64,000 nucleotides of DNA from the human T2T-CHM13v2.0 reference genome, Homo sapiens, in NCBI RefSeq assembly GCF_009914755.1, contig NC_060925.1, one strand, 5' to 3'. The translations under genes and the position numbers were made by a program. Within the stretch, counting starts at the first letter, position 1. Each line of letters begins with the position of its first letter. The notes below the pieces were generated by a model. The model did not search any database. It saw only the letters and a program-made list of their open reading frames with translations, and was not told the origin of the DNA. Shown here one piece after another: positions 20,801-34,899 of the stretch.

Positions 20801-21302
20801 TAGCCTAACCTCTTCCTACATAACCCATTAGACATGAAAAGGCTACCGAGAGGCAGATGTGCACCAGGGCCTTTTCTTATGACTCACAGAGGGAGCACAG
20901 GGGTATGGACTGCCCGCCTAAGTTTGCTTTTTGCCTCTATTCATCTAATCAGATGTTCTCACTTATTTCTGCTTTATACAAACAACCAGCTTCCACTGAG
21001 TTGAAGTAAGATTACTTCCATTTATTCTGAGTGGCTCTTTGAAGAGTTAAATCACTCCAAAAGGGGCTGTTTACAAATTACCTACAGTTTAGATTTTTCA
21101 GAGGAAAAACCCATGTAAGCTATGACCAAGTTACACAAGTATAAATGGAAGTGACATTGTCAAATGCGTTAGATTAACTTCTTCCAAGATTGTTAGGAAA
21201 GGACAACACTAGAACAAATGCAGTATAGGAAAATTTGCATTTATATAAGTTAAGGGGAAGAGAAGTAAAAAGCATTATACAAAGCAATTCCCAGTAAAAT
21301 TC

Positions 21303-21566
21303 TTTTTTTTTTTTTGAGATGGAGTCTTGCTCTGTTGCCCAGGCTGGAGTGCAGTGGCGTGATCTCAGCTCACTGCAACCTCCGCCTCCTGGGTTCACGC
21401 CATTCCCCTGCCTCAGCCTCCCGAGCCCGGCTAATTTTTTGTATTTTTAGTAGAGACGGGGTTTCACCGTGTTAGCCAGGATGGTCTCGATCTCCTGACC
21501 TCGTGATCCGCCCGCCTCAGCCTCCCAAAGTGCTGGGATTACAGGCGTGAGCCACTGCGCCCGGCC
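21303..21566 (-). mobile_element. AluY with an internal deletion of about 30 bp
   Basis: ctcccgag joined to cccggctaat; TSD aaaattctttt. Confidence 0.93.
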
Positions 21567-22037
21567 AAAATTCTTTTATAGAATAAGCCAAAATAGGAAG
21601 TGCTTAATATGAGTTCAGCTTGCACCTCCAGGTAGTCACATTCCAGAGTGGACAACACAGAAGGCATCACCAGGCACAGCACAGGCTGTTCCACACTGCC
21701 TCCCCTGTGTCAACAAGCTGGCCCAGGCTGCATCAAGGGAGAGCTCAGGACAGCGGTGCCCACCCCTTCTCTTCAGAGACCTGCCCCATCAGAGGAGATG
21801 GCAGAGCCCTCCAGGGTGGCCTGGTACTTGGCCACCAGCTCCTCCAGGCTGGGCATCCCTCCAGCACACCTGCAGGAGAGCATGTGGCTTCACAGGCCTA
21901 CCTCAGGCACACCTGGAGTCACCTGGAATTGGAGCTGCAGGCAACTAAATTTTCTACTTCACAGACCTCATCAGAAACTCATTTTACTTAACCCTTTATC
22001 ATTAAAATGTAATCCTCTATTTAACCTATATCATTCA

Positions 22038-22359
<322 letters not shown>

Positions 22360-22809
22360 CCCCTCCTCTGCCTTTTTTACATTTCTAGAGCCTAAAACAG
22401 TAGTTATGGCCACTATGGTAAAGGTAGGTGACAATGTTTGAGCACAGTGTACTCTGTCACCTTTTGTAACTGTTCTTGTTCTGTCCTAAAAAGCTCGGCT
22501 ACACGATTACAATTGTAGAAATTTGCATATTTATTGTGTTTGAAGGTCTTTGTCTTCATGCTGAGGAAGGGTGTCATGGAAAAAATACATATATTTCAGT
22601 TCAGGATGATTATATAGATACACCTAAGCCTATGTCGTTTTTAAAGCACTCAGAATAGGAAAAAAAATAAGTATTCACCTTAGAACTTGGGGCAACATGC
22701 CTTAGGCAGGATGAGCCCCTCTGGATCGGTCGGCTCAATTCCGGACGGAGCCTCCAGTTGGTCGCTGCTTCTCCTGGGGATCCCTGACACCACCTCTCTT
22801 CCATCTTAG

Positions 22810-22956
22810 GGCTCAGCTTCCTCTCACACTGGAGTTTACATTTTTGGTTTATTCATCGAGGGGGCAAGATGGAATCGTGAACAGAAAATACTGGAAGACT
22901 CGCTGCCTCTGGAGATGTGCTGTGATTTTCCCGACATATACTTTTTGCCAACAAAG
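22810..22956 (+). CDS. DNAH14: Dynein heavy chain penultimate exon
   Basis: tcttag|GGC...ACAAAG|gtaat; 147 nt, phase 0 to 0; GVYIFGLFIEGARW is the canonical dynein GVY..GLFLEGARW motif. Confidence 0.96.
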
Positions 22957-23343
22957 GTAATCACCCTGCTATTATCCTGAAGTCCTAAACCTCTGAGCGT
23001 TGCTTCAGTAATATACAAACCACTCTTATTCCCATTCCCTACAATTTTGCAAGGGAGATGTGATAATATACTCAGACAACAAAGATTTTAAATCTCCCAA
23101 AATATTACTAAAATCTAAAGTAGATGCTATACTTACATCCCATGTTCTCAATAATATGTACTATAAAGCCATAATACTCTTTAAATTCTCCAGGTATAAT
23201 TTCCACATGCTGTTACATTAACCATTTAACCTTAAATGTATCTAATTCATAACAAATCCCTCAAGCCTAGCATACAGAAAATGTGAGCTACTGATTCACT
23301 TGAACTATGCAATTTGACTACTGGATTTTTTTTTTTTTTAAAG

Positions 23344-23559
23344 ATTTCTACCAAAACACCAAATGCTTCCAACCAGACAGATTCAGAACTCTATGCTTTT
23401 GAATGCCCAGTTTACCAGACACCTGAGAGGTCAAGAATTTTGGCAACTACCGGTTTACCAACAAACTTTTTAACATCAGTGTATTTATCAACGAAGAAAC
23501 CTCCTAGTCACTGGATCACAATGCGGGTTGCATTGCTTTGTGAGAAGAATGAAAAATAA
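23344..23559 (+). CDS. DNAH14: Dynein heavy chain terminal coding exon with stop
   Basis: poly-T aag|ATT; ECPVYQTPER...TTGLPTNF...PPSHWITMRVALLC is the dynein C-terminal signature; TAA at 23557-23559. Paralog identity comes from adjacency to LBR (recalled). Confidence 0.95.
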   Translation: MSTKTPNASNQTDSELYAFECPVYQTPERSRILATTGLPTNFLTSVYLSTKKPPSHWITMRVALLCEKNEK

Positions 23560-23560
23560 A
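23555..23560 (+). terminator. DNAH14: DNAH14 poly(A) signal AATAAA overlapping the stop codon
   Basis: GAA AAA TAA A, followed by a T-rich tract at 23576-23587; a second AATAAA lies at 23920-23925. Confidence 0.65.
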
Positions 23561-23996
23561 TGTCCATATCAAACCATTTTAATTTTTGACTCTAATCAGA
23601 CTTACATGTTTCAAGACATTCACATGTAGTCAACACCCTTTATAAAATATTTGTGTGTTCAGCCAGACTGGGCAGGTGCAGTCTATTTCATTTGTACATG
23701 AAAACTTCAACACAGAGGGGAATCTTGCAGCTGCTTTTTATTCTAAGTACATGAGACCTGACTGTGCAATGTCCCTGTGGTTGGGCTCTAGTACAGGTCA
23801 GCACAACCCGGAATACAGCAAATTTGACTCTCCTAACAGTAAAAACCACAGCACCTGGCAGGATATCAGGGCATGCCTTTATGAACTTTTTGGTAAAAGT
23901 GGTTTATAAAATTATATACAATAAACTAAATATACACATGTAGAATAGATCTTTGGAATACTTCCCCTGGCTTCTCTAAGTAAACACAGAATACTA

Positions 23997-24687
<691 letters not shown>

Positions 24688-25794
24688 TCACTAGACCTCT
24701 CTGACCACTAAAAGCCAAATCCTGAGAATTTGGTAAATTCAATGTTCCTATAGGAAGAATGTTATTCTACTAATAATGGCTAACATAACTGAGCACTATG
24801 TTGAACACTAATAATTCCTATATCATCCTCAGGCCCCTCTATACTCTGTGGACGTATCAGCCAGATTTTATACATGAGGAAACCAGTGCTCAAAGAGATT
24901 AATTGCCCACACACACATTGCTAAGAGGGAGCACAGCTAGCATTTGAAGCCACATCTCACTGTCCCTTTATCATGGCAATGGTCCATGGGCAGAAAGCAT
25001 AACCCACGTGTACACAAATGAAGATCCCAACAGTCCCCTCTCTCCATAGTAAGGGGGGTAGAAAAGGTGGGACTTGTACCCAGCACTAGACTCTTTTAAC
25101 AGCCATGAACAAAACATGTATTTAATTGTCTAGGAAACTGTACCATCTATATTTAAGTAAATTGCACCTAGAAACACTCCACCTTGTATCTTTTGTTAAA
25201 ATCCTATATTTCATCATTTGCTCCAAACAGTGCAAAACTAAACACCAAAATATAAATCGTATACTTGGTATTGGTGCATATTCTGACACACCCACATTTT
25301 GCAATGTAATGTCACAATGTAACGTCGCAGCAGGAAGAATTGAGAGGTGAAGCTGTCTGATCTCATCTCACAATTCAGGCTTAGAGTCAACTGGAAATCC
25401 AAACAAGCACTAAAGCACGGTCAGCAGGCACAGTACATGTGTGTGTCTCGTGTGTCTCTCACACACGTACTGTCTTTCAAATGCACAGATGCTTCTGTGA
25501 TTCATACAAATGCATTTGAAAGTATGACTGGATCTACAATAGTTTTAGCATTTCTGTATTTTCTCAAACAGCAAATACTAAACACATGACCATTTTCTGG
25601 GAGTTAGGATTCCCAACTAACCCCTTTGAGTTCCAACATTCTGAGAGTTTTAAACAGCAGTTGGCCAGGGGTCCCAAACAGATGATCCTAGGAAAACAGG
25701 AGGCTGGGCAGGGGTGGGAATCTAAGGGCTCCTGTCTTGGTCCCAAAAATCTCAGTTTCAAGCAAGAAAGGGAAAAAAAAAAGGCTCCAAAGTG

Positions 25795-27593
25795 ATCAAA
25801 ATGTTGCTACATTTTATTTTCAACTTAAAACTTCATTATAAAATTTGCCAAATAAACATGTCAAAAACAAACTTAAAAACAAAGTGTAGCTGATATCCAG
25901 AAATTGCAGCACTGTATTGATAAAGGGCTCTTTTCATTACCAGGGAAAGAATTTAATGTCCTTCCTTCCTCCCCAAAAGCTTCCTTGGTGCAATCCAGTA
26001 CAGAAAACGCCACCACTTTCTGATGCCAGGAGAAAAGCAAAATAAAAAAACTGCTTGCACATATTAGCACTGATAAAACAATGACAATTTCACTAAAAGA
26101 ATGTTTAAAGACTACCGGATGCTGGAGCAAACCAACTTCATGACTGCATTAACATAAGCTAAGTTACATACACTTCAAATGCAGTATAGAATTAACACTG
26201 CATATCTAAATGGCTCATATATAAAATGTGTAATTAAAACCCAAACATACACACTATGTTTATTACATTCCCCTACATTGAAAGTACTGAGAACAATTTA
26301 ACTCTGAACACAAAAGTTTAGTGAATTTGCTACTGTTCCATTACAGGACAATTAAAAATGAGACTATATCAACTTCACTAGAATTTAATTGCTAAAGCTA
26401 CCTTATGCACATCTATTAAACTAAAAGAAACGACTTTAACCCCTTCAGTTGTTTTTAAGACAGCACTCCTTTACAGGGAGTCAGGTTTGGTAAATATAAA
26501 GGATACATAAAAAATACAGTATAAACTGCATAAGCTTAACAGTAGCAAAAACACTGATGAACTTTTAAAAAGTCAAAAATATATAAAAATATTAGCCTGA
26601 AATGGCAAATTTTCAAACACCGATCTGTGTAAAAATGTTTAAATATTGATGTTACTCCAAAAATATATACTTATTCTATTTTTTTTCTATTTGCAACAGT
26701 TTATAAAGGCAAACAAACACCTGCAATTGAGGTAGCAAAGCCAAATTCACAAACTTTGGATCAAGAAAAATACCCTTCCTATGTTTTAACAGCATCTTCT
26801 ATACAATAGTGAATGAATTCTAATTGTTCCAAAATTTTTAATTCACATTACTTTACAAAATTTTATTTAAAATACTGAAAATGTTTTGTTAAAAAGACAG
26901 TTAGTCCTGACAATCATCTCACATTCAAAATACTGTACAAAAAAATCTGAAGTCACCATATATTACAAAAAACTAAGCTATGTATTTACATTTTCAATGT
27001 AGTTTTAGAAGTTGAGGTTAAGCCAACTGCTACAAATGGTCTCCTTTAAGCAGTGTCTGCTAATAATGTCATCACTTTTCACTTTCAGCATTTAATATAG
27101 GCCCTTCTTTTTGCTTTCAAATTATATAATTAGTAAAGGATTTAAAGAAAAACAAATGAAAATTCTATTCTCTTACTGAATAAAACATAAATGTACTTTA
27201 AATGGAACAGTGTTTTCATTTAAGAAAAGCCAACTGGCAAAAAAACATCAAAATTTGAAAAGTAATCAGAAACCATAAACATCAATAGCATTCTTCACAG
27301 TACATTTATATTAAGACTGTCTTCTGTTTTCAGATTAAGGGTTGAAAATTTCCCATTAAAATGCAAATTCTCACATCCTTACTTGTATTTTTCCTATGTT
27401 AACTGTAAGTTAATACAAGTAAACACGGCTATATTAAAAGATCAACTACTCGGCTCCATAGTCCTGACTCAAAAAGAAAAAAAAAAGTACAGACCCTGTC
27501 AGTGCAACAAAAGAAAGTTTCGGATTTTTTTCCTTGTTTTTGCAAATGGCAGCTGGAATTGCAGGAGTATTTTGTAGAAAAGCCAGAAGAGCA
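25795..27593 (-). other. LBR: LBR 3'UTR (about 1.8 kb)
   Basis: AT-rich sequence with no recognisable interspersed repeat between the stop codon and the distal AATAAA; cleavage site approximate. Confidence 0.8.
25813..25818 (-). terminator. LBR: LBR distal poly(A) signal
   Basis: tttatt on + = AATAAA on -, at the end of the AT-rich 3'UTR, with U-rich sequence downstream on -. Confidence 0.75.
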
Positions 27594-27779
<186 letters not shown>

Positions 27780-28111
27780 TTAGATATTTTTATTATCACT
27801 ACAATGTATTTTTTCCTGCTTTCCCCCAAATTCTCTAAAAATGGAACCACAAGGTACTTCATTTTCTCTAATAATGATGAGAATAATTAAACAAGTCTGT
27901 AAAATCCCACTGGAAAGTGGCAGAAGGTCGTATCTAAATTAGAAGCTACTCAAAGACTGATGAATCCATTCTAACAATCCATCACAATCAAAACATCTGT
28001 CCTCATAGTTAATACACATCTCTCCATTTCTCGCCCTTCTTCCCCCAGCAAAGAAGAAAAACTGCTGTCTTCCACCACAGGTTGGGCCACCAAACAGGCA
28101 GCAGGCACGGG

Positions 28112-28318
28112 CCAGCTCCTCCACCTCCACCAGCTCCCCTGGATCCCCCTGCTCCCCCAGTTCCCCCAGCTCCCCCAGCTTCCCAAGATCCCCCTGCTCC
28201 CCCAGTTCCCCCAGCTCCCCTGGCTCCACCAGTACCTCCAGCTCCCCCTGACACCCCAGCTCCCCAAGCACCTCCAGCTCCCACAGCTCTCCCTGCTCCC
28301 CTGCTTTCCCAGCTCCCC
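28112..28318. repeat. 9-bp minisatellite (CCAGCTCCC)n, about 23 degenerate units, in LBR intron 13
   Basis: Read directly; includes an exact 34-bp duplication at 45-bp spacing (28142 and 28187). Confidence 0.93.
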
Positions 28319-28668
28319 ACGAGGCCAGACACACAAAAAGAAAAACAGAATCTCTTTCTCTTCTTAAAAACCAAAGTTTTTCCCAATCTATGTACACTGA
28401 ATCATGAATTAAGAAGCTGAATTAATTTCTATATATTCTACTTAGAAAAAAGCTATCAGGCACAGCTGAAAACTTAAAATATTGCTTTTAGGCTTAAAGT
28501 AAAACTTCAGGCTCTGTGAATTCCCAATTCCCCTCAGAAGCCAGAGGAGCTTCTACAGAGGCCAACCTCACAGTAGAAAAGGGCGACAAAAAGACTCACA
28601 CCCACCTTGGCCACACTGTCCCACACAAAGGACACACACACACATCTTTCTGGCGGCTAAAAGGGTCA

Positions 28669-28905
<237 letters not shown>

Positions 28906-28916
28906 TCAATACTTAC

Positions 28917-28997
28917 GTGCAAGCTTTGGATCACTGGGATTTTTCCGGAATGCATTTTTCTGAGAATTTGCACCTCGGAAGATTACATAACCACAAA
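28917..28997 (-). CDS. LBR: LBR exon 12
   Basis: 81 nt; [26 protein letters not shown]; C|gtaagt donor. Confidence 0.97.
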
Positions 28998-29112
28998 CTG
29001 CAATTTTAAAATATTTTCCTATGTTAATAACTTAGTTATACTCTAATGCTTAATAGCATCTGTAATTTCTCTTAAAAATGATTTCTATGCTCTGAGGAAA
29101 TTTCCAAAGCAG

Positions 29113-29190
29113 ACTCCTAGGCTCAAGAGATCCTCCTGCTTCAGCCTCCCAAAGTGCTGGGATTACAGGCATGAGCCACCGCACCTGGCC
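29113..29190 (-). mobile_element. Alu left-arm fragment
   Basis: ctcctaggctcaagagatcctcctg...gcacctggcc. Confidence 0.85.
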
Positions 29191-29636
29191 TGATTCTTAA
29201 GAACAACTCAAAACCTCTAAATCCCACTATGTAAAAAGATGGTAACCCGTCCGAAATCTATCACACTACTTTAATCATCCACCTAGGAAACGCTCTGAAG
29301 GCAAAACAAATATAGTTACATCCATGAAAGAGATAAAATCTAAGATAGCCTACATTACAATAAAATCAATACTAGAGTTCAGTATAATCAAAATTACAAG
29401 CTATATCATCTGTTAGTTATACCTACTGGCCATGGCACAAACATTTTATTATCAAACACTAGCTTAGAATCAGCACCAAAACATCCTGCACTTTAAATAC
29501 ATGCTGAATCCCACTTTAAGTCTATAAGTTCCTAATTTTATCCAAATTTCAGAATGTCAAAAATCAATCTATCACTGACATTTAACTATTATATAGTCGA
29601 TCCTCAATAAACTAGTAAGAGAATAACTTTACTTCC

Positions 29637-30041
29637 TGCTTTGGTTTGAATGTGTTCTCCAAAGTTCACGTGTTGGAAACGTAATCCTCAATGCAACAGT
29701 GTGGAGAGGTAGCACCTTTAAGAGATGATTAGGTCATGAGGGTTCTGCCCTCATGGACAGATTAATGTGGCTATCACAGGAGTGGGCTCAGTATCTCGAG
29801 TGGGTTTGTTATAAAAGTATGTTCAGCCCCTCTTGCTCTTCCTCACTCTCTCTTGCCCTCCCTCACTCTCTCTTGTCCTTCCACCTTCCACCCTGGGATG
29901 CTGCAGCAGAAGGGGTCTTGCCAGATTCCAGCACCATGCTCTTTGACTTCCTGGCCTCCAGAACCATGAGCCAAATAAATTTCATGACAAATTACCTAGT
30001 CTCAGCTATTCTGTTCGAGCAGCACAAAACAAACTAAGACA
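29637..30041 (+). mobile_element. MaLR solo LTR (MST family)
   Basis: tgctttggtttgaatgtg...ggcctccagaaccatgagccaaataaa...actaagaca; TG...CA ends. Confidence 0.88.
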
Positions 30042-30946
30042 TTCCCCATTTTTAGCTGAACTATAAAATACACTGTCTTGAATAATAAAATGGATGACAT
30101 GGACATCCAAACCACTGGTGAAACTAAATCTTAATTTTAACCAATGGTTTGAACTTCTTCTACCACAGATACTAACTTGTGTAGCAAAACTATCTGTATT
30201 TGCAGTTCACTGCTAATTTTCCCTGCCCAACCTCTAGTATAAGTGTTTAGTGAACAGTGTAAGAACAATGAAAATTCATCCTGAAGTAAAATCCATGACT
30301 GACCCTGGTGGACCGCAGCTGCAGCCAAACTGGACTTCTCAGTCTTTCCCAACCTCATCTCACACTTCCCCACCACACACCCTTGCTGAGCTGTTCCCAG
30401 TGCCTGACTTTTCGATCTCCCCATCCCATTTTCCCCTCTAAAACTCCAATCGAACACCATATCCTCCGATAAGTTCACACTAACGCTCCCCAGAGAGAAG
30501 TTCTCTCTATCTTTAACACCCGTCATCTAAGCCCCTCTTAGTGCTCACTCACACACCTCACAGCAAGGCAGGAATGTCTTATTTCTCCTGTTAGAATGTG
30601 AGCTCTATGAAGGCAAGACAAATCTTCTTACTTTATAAGATGCCTACCAGAAAAAGCAGGCACTCAAGAGAAAAGACGTATGGTTACCAAAACGAATTAA
30701 AACAACTTAAATTTATTAAATTTAAAAGCAAGATGGTTTAAAATAATCTGTTTCAAGTACTACTGAGAACCCAAGTACGAACCATCCATTCTCTTTGCAA
30801 AATGCAGATTTTTTATTACTCATGATAAATGGCTTCAAACTGAGCTAATGCTGGCCATTCAAAATGGCATGTTTCAAGTATGTAGACAGCAGGGCATAAA
30901 AGCCTCAGTACATAATATTTAATAAATTAAACTGAGACTAAAATTA

Positions 30947-31123
<177 letters not shown>

Positions 31124-31544
31124 CTATAAGGATACAGACGGGGAAAGGGAGAAGGAGCTTCTGTGTTTAAAGTATTCAAATAAAGTACTAGTTTACAGGC
31201 AAATGTAAAAAGTGCTATGGGCGGGTCCACAATCAACATTTTTTTGTTAAAGGGGAGAGAGATCTGGTTCCCCTGGCCTGCTAGGTCTTTCTGCTGTCAC
31301 ATTCTCCCGTCACGCCAGCCTCTCGCTCATGCTCTGGAGATAACAGATCTCTAAAGCATCTCCCATGCCCCCATGCCCAGGCCCTCCCCTCTGCTGACAA
31401 CCCCTCCTCCAACCTCCACATAGGCCCTACACCCTCTGCTGCCCTCCTGACCTGCTGCTCAGACCTGGGCACTTCTCAGATATCACCACCCACCAGTAGG
31501 CTGCAGTAATTGGGTTACTGTACTTGTCTAGTCACTCTTCACTA

Positions 31545-31660
31545 CACTAAAAGCCTCTAAAAGACAGAGGCTGTGTGTTTTCACCTTTGCCACCCCAGTA
31601 CCTAGCACAGTGCCCGCCATGGAGAGAAGTGTTCAAAATATGCTTGCTGAAGGAATAAGA
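31545..31660 (+). mobile_element. L2 3' end
   Basis: ccccagtacctagcacagtgccc...aaatatgcttgctgaaggaat. Confidence 0.65.
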
Positions 31661-32194
31661 TCACCAACTCTTTTTGTTTCAATTCCACATGGACCAATCT
31701 AATTTCTGTTCATAATCTGGCATTTCATGTGCATTTTCCACAGAAGAAATTAAGCTGCCTGGCAACATGGTGAACTGACAGCTTCGCTTCTCATGTAAAT
31801 TAATAAAAGTGCATTACTCCCTGGTGATTTGGTTAGCATGAGCCAGATCGCCTCTGGCCCAGGATACGGGCAGGCCAGACTCTAGAATACGGAACCACCA
31901 CCAAGGTCAACACTCTGAAGGTCTGGCCTAAGGGAATCTCTAAACTACCCAGAACCTCAGTACAGACCACTGATGTAGAAATATTAGCCAGTATAAGCTC
32001 TGTTGGAGAATCAAAGTTCTAGGTTAAAGAAAAAGAGTGGTACCTCTAAATAGCATTTTTTTCCAGAAAAGAAAGCAAATAGGCCATGGAACAGAAAAAC
32101 AGATGTCACATGAAACAGAAAAACCAATCTCACAAAATCTAGCTCCTTAGGCTTATACTCTTTAGTTAACCAGAGTACTTTATTCTCTTTAAAA

Positions 32195-32595
32195 AAAAAA
32201 ATTGACATGTAATAATCGTACATATTTATGGGGTACACAGTGATGTTGCAATACATGTAATATATAGTAATCCAATCAAGGTAATTAGCATATCCATCAT
32301 CTCAAACACATTCTTTCTTTGTGTTAGGAATATTCAATATCCTTCTAGCTATTTGAAACTATGTATCACTGTTAACTATAGTCATCCTACAGTGGTATAG
32401 AATACTAGAACTTAGAACTTACTCCTCCTATCGAGTGGTAATTTTGTATCCTTTAACAAACCTCTCCCTATCCTTCCCTTCCCCCTACCCTTCCCACCTT
32501 CCCATATCCTCTGTTCTACTTTATACTTCTATGACATCAACTTTTTTAGCGCCCACATATAAGTGAGGACACACGGTGTTTTAACTTTCTGTCCC
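32195..32595 (-). mobile_element. L1MA-type 3' end fragment
   Basis: Same family as 4120-4405; cccacatataagtgag. Confidence 0.8.
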
Positions 32596-34539
32596 CAAGA
32601 GTGTCTTATTCTTCTCTCTCAAGGCCTGTGATCTGATTCCTGGTCCAAAAGAGGATAAAGGTGACAAATTGGTGGGAGCAGATAAAAGCAGGTGTGGTGA
32701 GTGGCAGTGAGAGGGCAAAGGGTAAGCACCCAATGCCGGGTAGGGGGAGGACCTTAGCCCCACCAGCTCCTGAGCCCCAAGGCTTTCACAGGACGGCTCA
32801 GAGGAAGGGTCATGCATATTTAAACAGGTAGTCTCAGTTTTCTTAAGGTATAGCACATTCTTGAATACAGAGGGATTTCTATCAAGTGACCTGACAGAAG
32901 TTATTAAGCATCTGCTAATTGCCCAGTGGCATGCCAGAATGCTGAAGAAATCATAAAATACAATCTTTCCTCAAGAAGCTTATTATCATCTGGCTGAGAT
33001 ACTGAGAACAGACAGAAAACAATTTCCTAACTCTAGTTCTCTACCCCTGGGGCTATGTTAATATTGCATTAAGCGTTTTGCCTTAAGATGCAAAAAATTT
33101 TCTTTTAACACAAGTCAATGTTTGGCTAAATCTATAGAAAATATCAACTTCTAAGCCAATTAAAAAGTGACAACCACAACATGGCAGAAAGCTAGTAATA
33201 GAAGAAACCAGAAGAAATAATCACTGATCAGTGGAAAGCTACTAGAAAGGAAGGTTTAAAGAAGCCTCTGAGGTGAGCACAACTGTGAAATATCATTTGA
33301 TTTGCAAACTGTAACCTATATGCTCTTTTGGCGATTCATTCTATAACAGCAAACAAAGCTACACTGGTAACAGTAAGTGCATTTACAAAACAGTTGTTTT
33401 TTAATTTCAAAAACATGTTTAATTTTGGGTCGACGTGGAATTTTTAAAGTCAATTTGAAGTGTTATCACCACCTTCACAGCTTCCCAAGCTCTGAGCCAG
33501 GGTCTGTGAAGTGGTAGGAGCGCAACAGGAACCCGTAATTAGCGGATAGCACTAATCCCACCGCTTGTAATTGAGGTTTACCTCAAAGTGGCCCTAATCT
33601 TCCTAAATAACAAGGAGATCATCGAAACACCAATATCAAACTTGCGAAGTTGTTCTGACTAAATGTTCTCTGCAATTTTGCATAGAAGGCCAAAATTAAA
33701 GACCAGCCAGCAGGGGTGGGAGAGATACATAGTATTGATGACCAAATAATATAATTTTTTTTAATGTTCCAGGCTCAAAGAGAAAAGGTCTTCTCTCAAA
33801 ATGTCAGCAGATTGTCTCAACAGACTGTCACTAAAACTTGTTTTGGAACATTATGATGTACAGCTGCCAGATTTGTTTTTAATATGGAAAGAAAACTAGA
33901 GTTGGAATTTGGAGATAATTACAAAGATAACAGTAAATACGATAAAATACTTGTAAAATAAGCCTGAGGAAGACAAAATTTTTAAAAGGAATATGCTGGC
34001 TGAGACAGAGAAAACAAACAAAACATTTACCAGTCTTCAACTAGTAGAAAGACTAATCAATGTATGAAAAAAGACACAAGATGGAAACTTAGCCTTATTT
34101 CAACTGGTTTCCTCAATGCATCTTGATTTCTGATTTTACATTCATCTAATTAGAGCTAGTCTTTGTATTTTAAAACATTAACAATAAAACATCTCCCCCA
34201 TTATTTAAAAACTAGGTGACTCTTGACAGTCCAAGAAACACCATTCTAATTTAGTAATAATCCATCCATTTTCATGTGATACCATAATTACCACCACCCA
34301 CAAAAACAAAACCAAGATCCACCAATCTTAAATATTTAGAATATTACTTTTAAACACAAGAACAGCTGATAAACACTGAAGCACTCCCAAATGCCTAGAA
34401 ACTTCCCACCTGTCAGTGCTCCCTCGTCAGCTTCACATGGATGGCCTCGTCCTCCTCTCAAGCAGCCTTGGAGGCAGGCCATGCTCCCCTCACTTTGTGT
34501 GCAAGAAGCCGAGGCTCTGACAGGTCACTCACCCACTCA

Positions 34540-34821
<282 letters not shown>

Positions 34822-34899
34822 CTACCCGCCACCAGGAATAAGACATCTCAGCACCATGGGCCCCTGGACCCAATGCACTGAGAAGGACACAGCTATCAT

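Noticed and set aside
27939-28397. Minus-strand Gly/Ala or Gly-Glu-Leu repeat ORFs resembling EBNA1 or collagen
   Set aside because: A 9-bp period produces 3-aa repeats in every frame; the similarity is compositional only and the ORFs are intronic
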